Assembly (NCBI GenBank): GCA_020137815.1
Contig: CM035357.1
Span: forward strand, 2,852,001 to 2,916,000
Direction: 5' to 3'
Length of the DNA stretch: 64,000 nucleotides
Origin: Hormiphora californensis
Lineage: Eukaryota; Animalia; Ctenophora
The translations under genes were made by a program, and so were the position numbers. The notes under the pieces were generated by a model. That model saw only the letters and a program-made list of their open reading frames with translations, had not been told where the DNA came from and did not search any database. Shown here piece by piece: positions 23,101 through 34,700 of the stretch; within the stretch, counting starts at the first letter, position 1; the number at the start of each line of letters is the position of its first letter.

Positions 23101-26100
23101 CGTATTATTAGACTATCGATTATTTAAACATGATTGTGAGTCACAATGAGACATCAGACTACCTTCAGTTACCAGCCAGTCAGTGGCTTTGGTTATCAAA
23201 TGTATGCCTATTGCTCTAAGTTAGCCTGTAATTTATCCCTTTATTCAGTTATATCAGCTGCATATAATGGATGATTATCAAGATAAAACACTACTTTTGG
23301 TCATCAAAGCACCAGTCCTAGATATTCTGGAGCACCCTATGAAGTTGGTTTGTCGAATGCCACACCATGGATTGACTTGTTACCTTGGCATCCAGAGAAT
23401 TGGTTGTAAAATGCGCCTTTTTCTATTTTTTTTGGTCTATTTACTCATTTTTAGCCATCTATATTGATTGAATAGGATAATTATGAAAGCAGGTTGTCTA
23501 TGGTTACCATAGAAACGAGTATAATGGCGCCATGAGGCCAATTTGTTTTAACCAATTTGCCCCATGGGGCAATTTGGTCTAGTCCAAATTGCCCCATGGG
23601 GCAATCTGGATTATGACCGAATTGCCCCCGATTTTTTCGTCCGAATTGCCCCAAATTGTCCGAATTGCCCCGCTTCATTAAAATGCCAATTAGCTAATTA
23701 AATCGAAAGCTAATGTCATTTTGATGATGAAACTGAATAGAAAAGTATCATATTGTGAAATTCTGACCCTTAATTTAAATAATTATCATAATTAAGTTTA
23801 CCGAAATAAAGTTTAACTTTAAAGTCGTCATTTTTCGTTATTTCACACTAAACACCACAATTTAAAAGTCCCATATAAATCACTAGTCCACATTGCCCCG
23901 TCCTGTGACCACATTGCCCCACCGTCCAAATTACCCCGGTCTACCCTACCAACACAAGAACTGTACTACCAGTATACAACGACTGTATAACAAGACGTAT
24001 ACAACCACTACACAACACGTGTACAACTACTACTGCACACCAAGTGAATGATAGACAAGGGTGATGGTGAATATAAAATTCTATATACTCTAAGATACTA
24101 TCAAAACACAGGATATAACTGGAGTTAACTTAAGATAGTTCCGATACACGTCAATACGGAGATACGTAGAAGCTTGTAACAAAATCAGGGAGAAGAGTCT
24201 TTTCGTCTTGGCCTCCTTTTATACGTCTAGGGTTGGCGCCAAAGGGTCCTCCAATGATCACGCGATGACTCCACTAGGGGATCCTCATCTGGGCAGGAAT
24301 TAGGGGGAGGAAATTGCACCAGATTATCTTCTCCAACTCCAGATTAACTCTCCAACTCTTCTACGTGGTATCGGGGTTATTCTCTCCAGACATGAACGAC
24401 AAGTTTACAGGAATCCTCTGAGCTTGGTAATTCAGGAACAGAGACAGCAACTCCTCTTTGCAAGATAGAGACTCCTCTAGGGGGCTCACCCAGGTACTTA
24501 AAACATGGTTACCGTGGTGCACACTAACTAGGGGAGGGCCCTTACGGCTTACGTCATGCAATACTTATATAAGTGGGACATATGCCCACATACGATGATG
24601 ACAGCCTACACCTGTACCCACATGAAGGGTAGTTAACTATCCATATTGACCGATGGATGAAATGAATATTCAAATTATGACTCATAGCTCACGACCTATA
24701 AGTGCCAATACAGGGAACATCCTGTTCCCGCATCCGCCCCCCTCCCGAGCGAACTAAAACCGTTTGATGACATTAACAAATTCTAAAAACATTGTTTTCG
24801 AATAAAATAAGTTTCAATCAAACGTTACATTTAGACAGACACGAAATTTCCTGTCATTCGCAACTGTCAGGACTACATTAAGACACTCACAAATCTATCA
24901 CGCTCATGGTGTCTCTACTACCTGACAACGTAATTGTTCAAAAAAAAAAACTTTGCACGGGACCCTTAGTAGCCGGATCTCGGATCCCGTCGCCATGCAG
25001 GAGGTGCCATAGGTCCAGGGGGTGCAGGAGGCGGTGGCGGTGGCCTCCGCTTTCGACCACTGGACGGTTCCCCGCCGGAATCCCTTGCTCCCCAGTCGAT
25101 CCTCCCTGGGAAGGTATTTTGGTAGGCGAACTTCCAAAGAGCCTCAAGTAGCTTCTCTCCCTCGCTGAGGACAGATAAGACGTCTCCCCTAACCAGCTTC
25201 TCTCGAAGCGTCACCGTTGCTTCTACGAAAATAGTTTTTGCCGCTGCCACTTGCCCTGGGCGAACGGGGTAGGTGTGCATAGCGTTCAAAATAGAAGAAC
25301 GCAAGCTCTTCTCACCATCGATGCACTGCATCCTTAGCTTGACTTCATCTTTCTCCTTTATCATGTCGAGATTTTCCTCAATAAATTCGACATACTCTCT
25401 GACTGGCCGAAGTCTAATTAAAGTCTCCCTATCGCATGGGTACGATTGGACACCCACAGACGCGTGCGTTACAAGCCGTGCATTCGCAAGGAGGTTGACT
25501 TCGTTGTTAATCGCCTCCATTGTCTCCAATCCAAGAGGTTCTCCCTCTACGGTCTCCATCCCTACCGTTTCCGACTCAATCGTTATTTCAGCTTTCTCTT
25601 TACCACCTTGCTTTTTAGCTTTTGCCTTACCACTCATTTTCTACAGAGGGAGTAGGAAAGGGTTAATTACAACTTGTACATTCAATTTCCTATTCGCAAG
25701 ATAGGGACTTCCACTACGCAAATCGTAAGAAAAAAAACAATACTATATCAAGTCACTAAGACTTGCTGTATCAAGGTTCACCTTGAAGTAGAACATAAAG
25801 CATTTCATCAACTCGTTTCTCAAGAAGTCAAGTTGGAAGTGGCGCCTAATGTTGAATTACCAGGCTAGTACCCCACGGTGACGCGGTTAATACCGTGTCT
25901 CTTGAAATGAGGGTAATTCCCTTATCATACTCCTAGTTCATGCTATTACAGCATGGCACGAATCATCCTCTTTTGTCATCTGGTAAGAATTACCAGGATC
26001 ACCCCCCTCCTCCTCCGGGTAATTAACACTTGTTAGTGCCTCACACTAACTATTCCAGGGACTCCCCTCAATATTAGCGTATTCCATATACTCATACACT

Positions 26101-28139
26101 ATAATATAATCCGTAATTACATATATATATATATATATATATATCGGTAGAATATCTACGCGATGTTTGGGTAGAGAGATGTTTGTATTTGTACATCTCG
26201 GTTTGTCACCAGACTTGGTGATCTTCGGTGTTTTGGTCTCAGGATGAAACCCAGTGGTAAGTTTGGAGTCATAGGACCGTCAACCTTACCTTCCTTCACC
26301 TGATTCTCTTCCTCGCCTGTAACTACTGTAGCTACAGGCGAGCCGTGTTCCATTTTCGGCGCACATGGTTCACCGCAGTTAACCGTTGGGACCTCTTCCT
26401 CAATAACAGTGGGAAGAGTATGGTAGCCAGATCCACCTGATCTTATTTGAGACATGGCAACATAAGTGGGTTCCTGACCCCCACTCTCCCTCGTGTCTGG
26501 AGCAGGACAAGAGGGTCTTTTCAACCCCTCTCTAGCCACAGACACTGGTGTACCTTGACTCTCACCTTGATCTTGCAGATTTAAATGCACATCATTCCGA
26601 GCGACCAGTTGTGAGAGAATTTGAGTTAAATTAGTGAAATGATTTGATCCATACCGGGCCTTGAGGCATTGCAGTGCAGCAAAAATTATAATGCTGAGCA
26701 CCGTCATTCCGAGTGAAATCCAGGCTAATGTCTGGAAGAATGACCTCTTAGAAGTGTTCAACCCTAAATAACCAATTTCGTAGTCTGCTAGGGACAACGC
26801 TAGTGTCTCATTTACCAAGTTTGATAAACGAGTTATATTATCCCGCGATCTCACAATTTGTGAGTCCTCCAGCCATCTCCTCAGGTTTGTAGCGCCCTCT
26901 GGAGATCTCCAAGACAGCACAGTGGCTGTCTCATTTGCGGATGGTGCATACATGACCATCCTTGAAGCCTGTACATGATTGTACCGCTCCCATTGTAGGA
27001 AATAATTAGTTTTCCCACTGACGCTCACAATACTTAGGTGAATACTCTCACCAACCGGCATGGCTGTTATTTCCTCTTGACTAAATATCAAGGCACCACC
27101 CTTTGTGAACAGCATTTTAGTGCTGCAAGTAGCTGGGATCAGATTGCATCCCTCCCTTAATAGGGCGGGTTTTTTGGAAATACAATTTTTCACATAGAAA
27201 CCAACTTGTAGATCTCGATTCTGTGGTTCCAATGAACCCGGTCTCAAGTTCTAATTCAAAGTAGACAGTCGAGTAAATCATGAATTTAGTTCATAGGAAA
27301 GTATCACGTGACACCACATGTGATAGGGTCACGTGTTCACTAGACCATCCAGTAGACCCCCAATTAGCGCTCGCTTGCGAAGTTACACTCACACTGTCAC
27401 CCGAAACTCCCAACCCTATATGTAGATTGTAGATTGGCTGAGACGCAGGTTAGAAACTGTACAACGAGGGAGAAATAATTGTGAGATACGAAAGACATGC
27501 ATAAAATTAAATTATATTTCCTATAACTCCGATTTGAGTAATGAGAATGCAGTAATAGGAAAGGGTCTAGAAGCATGTATGCAGTGATACTACTAATTAG
27601 TGTGATTGGGTAACTTGATCCAGAGAAGCTATGTTATATTGGATGGTCTGAAATTGGAGGTGGTTTCATGAACATAGGCTGAACCGAATCTCTTTGGGAG
27701 ACACCGGGGGGGGCTCAACAACTGACTATATGACACCCATGACAGTTAGGGTGGGAGGGTGTCCCATGGGTCTGACAGTTATGTAACTGTCGAAAATTGG
27801 GGGGTGTTGGGGTGTTTTAGGGGTCTGACACTTAGATAACTGTCGGAAATTGGGGGGTGTTTGGGGTGTCTTAGGGGTCTGACGCTTAGATAACTGTCGG
27901 AAATTGGGGGGGTGTTGGGGTGTTTTTGTGTAGATACAATGAATAAAGTGTGATCCAAAACCGTATAAAGTATGGGAAGGAGGTGGGAGAGAAGCAGCGA
28001 GAGACGAGAGCAGAGAGAGAGGAAGAGAGCAGAGATGAAGAGAGACGAGAGAGAGAGAGAAGAGAGGAGAGTAGACTGCGTCAGATATGAAAGCGAGAGA
28101 GAGAGAGAGAGAAGAGAGAGAGCGGAGAGAAGCGAGCGA

Positions 28140-28173
<34 letters not shown>

Positions 28174-28607
28174 GAGCGAGAGAGAGAGAGGAGCGGGGAC
28201 GAGAGAGAGGAGAGGAGAGAGAGAGGAGAGAGAGGAGAGAGAGAGCGAGAGGAAGGAGAAGCAGGAGAGGACGAGCGCGAGAGACGAAGAGAGAGAGAAG
28301 CAGAGAGGGCAGAGAGAGAAGACAGAGAGAGCCAGAGAAGAGAGAGCGAAGCGAGAGAGAGGAGAGAGAGAAGGGAGAGAGAGAGGAGGAAGAGAGAGCG
28401 AGAGAGCGAGAGAGAGAGCGAGCGAGAGAGAGAGAGCGCAGAGGACGAAGAGAGAGAGCGATCGGAGAGAGCAGCGAGGCTCGATTGGGAGGCAGAGAGA
28501 GAGCGAGAGAGAGCAGGAGCGAGTAGCGCGCTCAGACAGCTCATCATGCCTCGTGCTCGATTCCTCTCTCCTCCTCGTAGCGATCAGAGACGACGATGCT
28601 CCTCTAA

Positions 28608-28643
<36 letters not shown>

Positions 28644-28646
28644 CTT

Positions 28647-28730
<84 letters not shown>

Positions 28731-31700
28731 CTGCAGCAGCAAAGCAGAAGGGTTGGGCGTTTCGGGTGACAGTGAGAGTGTAACTTCGCGAGCGCTAATT
28801 GGGGGTCTACTGGATGGTCTATAGAACACGTGACCCTATCACATGTGGTGTCACGTGATACTTTCCTATGAACTAAATTCATGAATAACCTGCTCTGTCC
28901 TAAGAATTGGAACTTGAGACCGGGTTCATTGGAACCACAGAATCGAGATCTACAAGTTGGTTTCTATGTGAAAAATTGTATTTCCAAAAAACCCGCCCTA
29001 TCCCTTAATCTTTCCTGTTCTTCCTCAAAACAGGACCAAGGCTCCTTGAAAGGAGAAAACTTATCCTCCATGCGTTCAGCACAGTAGATCACGTCGTCTT
29101 TTTCAAGACAATCGGTGACCCGCACCGTCTTTACCACTCCTCGTTCGATTATAACGAGGTCGGGGGTCCTGACTGCAAAGCAGTCTTTCTCCTTTTCCCC
29201 GAGCGAGATAGGTACTGTCTTCGGTACATAGGTCCGAAACAGACTACCCTCCACCAGTTTGGGGGCAACAAGGACGTAATGCATTAACATCCCTGTTTCA
29301 CCGTTGGTGACGTCCACCAACATCAAGTCAGCAACCCTGAATAGCAATTCAGGCCGCCCTTTATAAAGGGTCCCGGCGAAAGCAGGATTATTACCTACAA
29401 CCATTTGTAGGTCGCTCAGGGTTAGTGTGGTCGCCACGGGAGTAACCAACTTCCCGTGCCTTGCCCCGTAGAACAGAGTTTCTAGCTTCTGTTCATACCT
29501 TTTGTCGGTCTGAACATGCATTAGAACGGAGGCGACGGAAACAACATCGCACCTCAGTGCATTTATAGCACTGTACACCTGCTCGATTTCGCCATCCATT
29601 ATTTTTAGGATTTCTTGATCGAACTCCCGTAAATTATCAATTGCATTGATCGCGTCAAAAGCAAACTGCTCAAAAGCTCCCTGAAGGCTCTTGACATGGT
29701 CCCTTACCTTCTTGTTGTCAGAAGGGGACTTCAGAATCTGGTAGAACCAGTTCACAACTGGGATTTCTTCCAAAAAGTCAAAATCCGTCCAACCCAGCCG
29801 CTTCTTTCGGCTGAGTCTACCATCTGCCGTTTGGGATGCTGTATCCCAAGCAATGTCAAAAGCCGATTTTAGGTCTTTAAACCTTTTGGTGTGAGCCTTT
29901 TCAATCACACCACGCGAGTTGGCTAACTCCTTAACAAGCACATCGAATATGGGGTTGTCCTCTCCCCCACATGCTGAGTGTCGAGATACACTCATTTTAT
30001 CCAGTAGACAAGCCAGAGTAGACGTGGCAGAGTTACTACTATCAACCCTAGTTTCGGGGTGATAGTAATTTTTGTTCTGCAGGGTACATTCCCCTGCAGA
30101 CGTGTCAAAAGTCAAAACCTCACAGATTGGGTCCATTAAACATTCCGCAAAGCAGAGTGCAAGAGTCTCTCTCTTGAGAACAGCTCTCACTGTAGGAGAA
30201 AGAACTTTCATCTGTTGAACCCAGCATGAAGAAGTTACAGGTGGCACCTGGCTATTCAGCCATGTGATGTCTGGGGCGCAGTCGACTTTACAGGGTCGAC
30301 TGGGTAACTTGGGTTTGTTCAAGTTATAAAATACCGATTGAGCGATGCTCGTTTCGGAGGTCGCCAATATCTTCCCGGGGAGCAAAGCTACCCCGAGGTC
30401 CTCTTTAATTACCGGGCCTGCGGTAATTGATAATTCCCGACTAGAGTCGAACTGACTCTCCTTTCTCACAGTTCCCACAGGAACACAGGTCAGCAGTGCT
30501 AACCAAATAAACCGGATCATTCTATCAATACCTATACAGAGAGGGAGGGGAGGTTAATCAAGACTTTATGGAGAACAACACGCCTACACACCCGCCTAAT
30601 TCCCCAAGAAGGAGCGCCTAAGAAAGAGGGGCGGGTCCTAGCGATCCTTCTCAGAGAAAAATGTATAGCCCGTTCATCCCCATAAACCCTTAGTGCCCTG
30701 TTCGAATAATACACAGTAGCTGACTGCTAGACTGTAGTCTTTTCAAATAAAATCATACTTATCACATTCATAATCTCCCGAACAGGGCCATGGCCATAAT
30801 TTAGTCCGATAATCTCACTCATTCGTAATTCCGGTGGGAAACACATCCACCCGGGTAGTGTCCTTACATAAAATACGACAACTACCTCCTCCCCTTATCA
30901 TTACATGTTACCTCTTATCCAGTATATCTGTCCGGTGGCTGTAACTTCGGCCGCAAACTGTAGTTTCCACCTCCACGTGTCTCAGGTTCGTCGTCACTAT
31001 CCTCCTCTCCAACTGCACTCACAAAGGATTCATCACCTTGGGTTGTGTCCATATCCACTGCATCAATCTCGCTGCGATTATCATCGTCGGGCACATCTTG
31101 AACAACTATCGGTACACTTGGTGTCTCCTCGGGTGGACCTTGCTCCCGGACCAAAACAGGCAGATCCCTTATCACGTCTGGCTCAGGTAGATAGAGTAAG
31201 TCCTGAAGCCCATCACAATCATCTTCCTCCTCATCCGCTTGAATTTCAATACGTTCTCGGGTCTCATCTCGAGTATTACCCTCAGTAGTCACTCCACCAG
31301 CGGTGGAGGAAGGAATCCGCAAAGAAGCGGGAATTTTCCGCATGGAATCAAAGTGGGTCACGATGATTTTATCGGTCTCATCGTTTTTCAATTGGTAGGT
31401 CCAATCAGACAGGACCTTTTGCACCGACCAAGGTCCGGAAAATCTAGTCCGGAACTTACGGTAATCGGTTACCGTGGGAGGGAGTGGTTTCCACACCAGC
31501 ACCTTGTCATTCACACTGTAAGCAGTATGGAATCCTCGCTTTTTATCATAAGCTAGTTTCTGCCGCTGCATGGCAGATATCCCATTAACACGAACCAGAT
31601 CAAATGTATCCCTCATGCTCTCTCTCAATTTAGAGAGCAAGTGCGCACCTGTTTCATAGTAAACAGTGGTGGTGGTATCAAATACCAAATCATACGGGGG

Positions 31701-34700
31701 CCGTAATTCCCTCCCAAAATACAGCTGGTGTGGAGAGAACCGGGTAGACGCGTTAACCGAGCTATTAAGTGCAAACACAGCATAACTTAATTTCTCTACC
31801 CAGGATTGCGGAAACTCCCCAACCAGTTTTTTCACAATCACCACCACGGTCTTGTTCAAGTTCTCGACAACCCCATTCCCGCTAGGATGGTAACTAGTAG
31901 TAGCCGTCTTCTTTACTCCGAGTAGACGGTACAGCTCCACAATAATAGTGGCCACATGGAGATTTGCTCCTCTATCACTATGGATGCTCTCAGGCACCCC
32001 ATAGATCGAAACCCAATTTATCAACAAACATTTGGCAATTTGTCCCGCGGTAGCATTAGGTAGTGGCTTTGCCTGACACAACCTAGTAAACTTATCTGTC
32101 ATACAGATAACCCATTTCATGTGTCCCCCTCGAATAGGTCCGACCAAATCGATACAGAGTATTTGGTTCGGCCGTTTAGCTAGGAACGGCTTTAGCGGTG
32201 CAGCCGGATTCTTCCTATACACCTCATTATGAGGAAAACACACAGCACATGTGGTGCAATAAACCTTAACAGCCACCGTCATCCCCTCAAAATAATATTT
32301 TTCCCTAACTCTAAGTAAGGTTTTCTTCGGACCCAAATGTCCAGCACTCTCATTGTCATGATGAGAGGCAATAAGTTGATCTCGATCAGCCCTGGGTACA
32401 AAAATTAGTTCCCGGTACTTCTTTGAACCGGTAGAGAAATACTTATAGCAGAGTAAACCTTCTCTACTTATGCACAGGTGCGGAAATAACATCCACATTT
32501 TCAAGAGAGAATCAGAGAAAGAGGCAGTCACGATCTTCTCCTCATCACGCTTACCGGCTGTCACCCACTGGACGGCAGTAACAACATCAGGATCTTTCCT
32601 TTGAGATTCCAGCAGGTGAGCACTAAAATGTGCTCTCAACGGGAGTTCATATGTCCCTGTTCTCACCTCCTCCGGGGATTTCCCCGTACCTTTTTCCGCC
32701 TCACAGGAGATGATTTTAATATTATCATCGAATACAACCGTTTTACAAGGAACTACCCCTTCTCCAGCCTCTTTTCCAGCTGCAGCGGCTGGAGTAGTGC
32801 TCTCCCACCAAGAGAACAACTCGTCGGACACCTGAGGTATTCGAGACAAACAATCAGGGACCTGCATCAGGTTCCCAGCCCTATATTTCAGATCAAAAGT
32901 ATAATCACTCAAATCCATTATCCACCGGGTCATTATAGCCTCATTAGTCTTACGCAAGAAACCACTATCCGTAAGAGCCTTCATATCTACATAAGCAGTG
33001 AATTTCGCGCCCAGGAGGTAGTACCTCCACTGTTTCGTAACATGGAACCATAATGCGTAAAACTCTCGCTTATAAGAGGGCCAATTACGCTCGGTAGAGT
33101 TCAGAATTCGCGAGCTATAAGCGATAGGACAAAACTTTCTCCCATCCATGTGCCCAATAGTTCCTCCTATTCCCTTCAAGGAAGCATCCGTGAAAACGAC
33201 TAGTTCCTTCTCAACAGAAGGATACACAAGAACAGGGGGTGTGGTGAGCGCCTCGTTAAGTAACTTAATACTCTCCTTAGCCTCCTCAGTCAGACAAAAT
33301 TTGTCAGACAATTTCAAACAATCAGTGAGCCCCTTTGCTTTCTCAGCAAACCCTGGTACAAGGGTCCTAAACCAGGAATAACAACCCAACAAACTCCGTA
33401 CCTGCTTGATGGTCTTGGGTAAGGCCATGTTCCTAATTGCACTAATTTTATCAGTGTCAGCCTCCATACCTTGAGGTGTCAAATACACCCCACAATACTT
33501 TATCCTCTTTTGAAACAGTACACACTTCCGCGGACTCAGTCTCAACCGGGAGGTGCGGATTCTCCCGAAAATAACCCTCAAATGCTCGAGCATGTTGTCC
33601 GTGGTAACAGCGGGACAAAGAATGTCATCAATGAACGCGGCAGCAACACTGGGAGGGACCCCAGCCAGCACACGGTCCAGTAAGTTCTGGAACGTCCCAG
33701 GACTACCACTTAATCCTAATGGCATGGATCGGTATTGAAAGAACCCGACCCCACTTATACTAAAGGCCGTGTAATGCCTGTGTTCAGGTTTCAGAGGCAC
33801 CTGCAGAAAAGCATCCCCAAGATCTAAACTAGAGAACCAATTAGCCCCCGCACAACCGGCGGTGATAGTATTTAGCGCCGGTACCGTACAATAACTTCTT
33901 ACCGTGACAGAGTTTAAGACTCTGTAATCAAGCACAATCCGTACCTTTCCAGGACCTTTCCGGAGAACAATAGCAGGTGAGTTATAACTGCTCTCAGAGT
34001 GCTCAATTATACCTGCTTGTAATAGTGATTCGAGCTCTTTAATGCAGTCCTCCCGAAGATGTAGGGGTACCCTCCTATACGGTAATCGAACAGGGGTATC
34101 AGTCGTGAGATTAATCTCATGTTGAGTCAAATTAGTCCACTGTAATTCGTGGCGACCTAATGCAAACACATCAGCATATTCAGCGAGGAGGTGTCTTACC
34201 TGCTCTTTTACCTCCTCCTCAATGAGGGGGTTATTAGACACTCCTACAGCGTCAATCACCTCTTTCACCCGTTTGGGATCGAAGTCATCCCGTTTTTCAC
34301 CTGCCTCTTGGGCACCTACCCGCGAGCAGTAAATAGCCGGCCTACACACCCCGATCTCATAGCCTTTTGGTAGTTCCACTTCCACCTGAGACTGATCACT
34401 AGTTACAACACAAGGCAATAATCCAATCCCTTGTTCTGGCCAAACAGGAATACTATCCCCCGGTGAATACCCAAACAGACATAATACTGAGTTACCTATT
34501 GTAACATAATATGCATCACCCCCCAAATTATCTCCGTCAAGTGTGTATGGAATACCATCACTTTTTGCAGAGAGTACCGTGTTCTCCGCAACCCTCATCT
34601 TGTAAACATTTTTACCTCTCCCGTCTGGGGACCTTACAGTGAGAGGTATTTTCTTTCCTCCTACATGGAGGGAGCCGGAATCTAAATCCACGATACAACC

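Noticed and set aside
24361-24561. 66-aa ORF duplicated at 36912-37112
   Set aside because: Lies in the LTR U3; the duplication reflects LTR identity and gives no evidence of coding.
27161-27247. N-terminus RPGSLEPQ... of ORF 26156-27247, and ORF 28881-29087
   Set aside because: Derived from the hAT TIR, not from env.
27726-28882. ER/SL-rich ORFs (also 39538-39820 and 55310-56152)
   Set aside because: Translations of GA/CT tracts; the GA-to-CT switches may be read artefacts.
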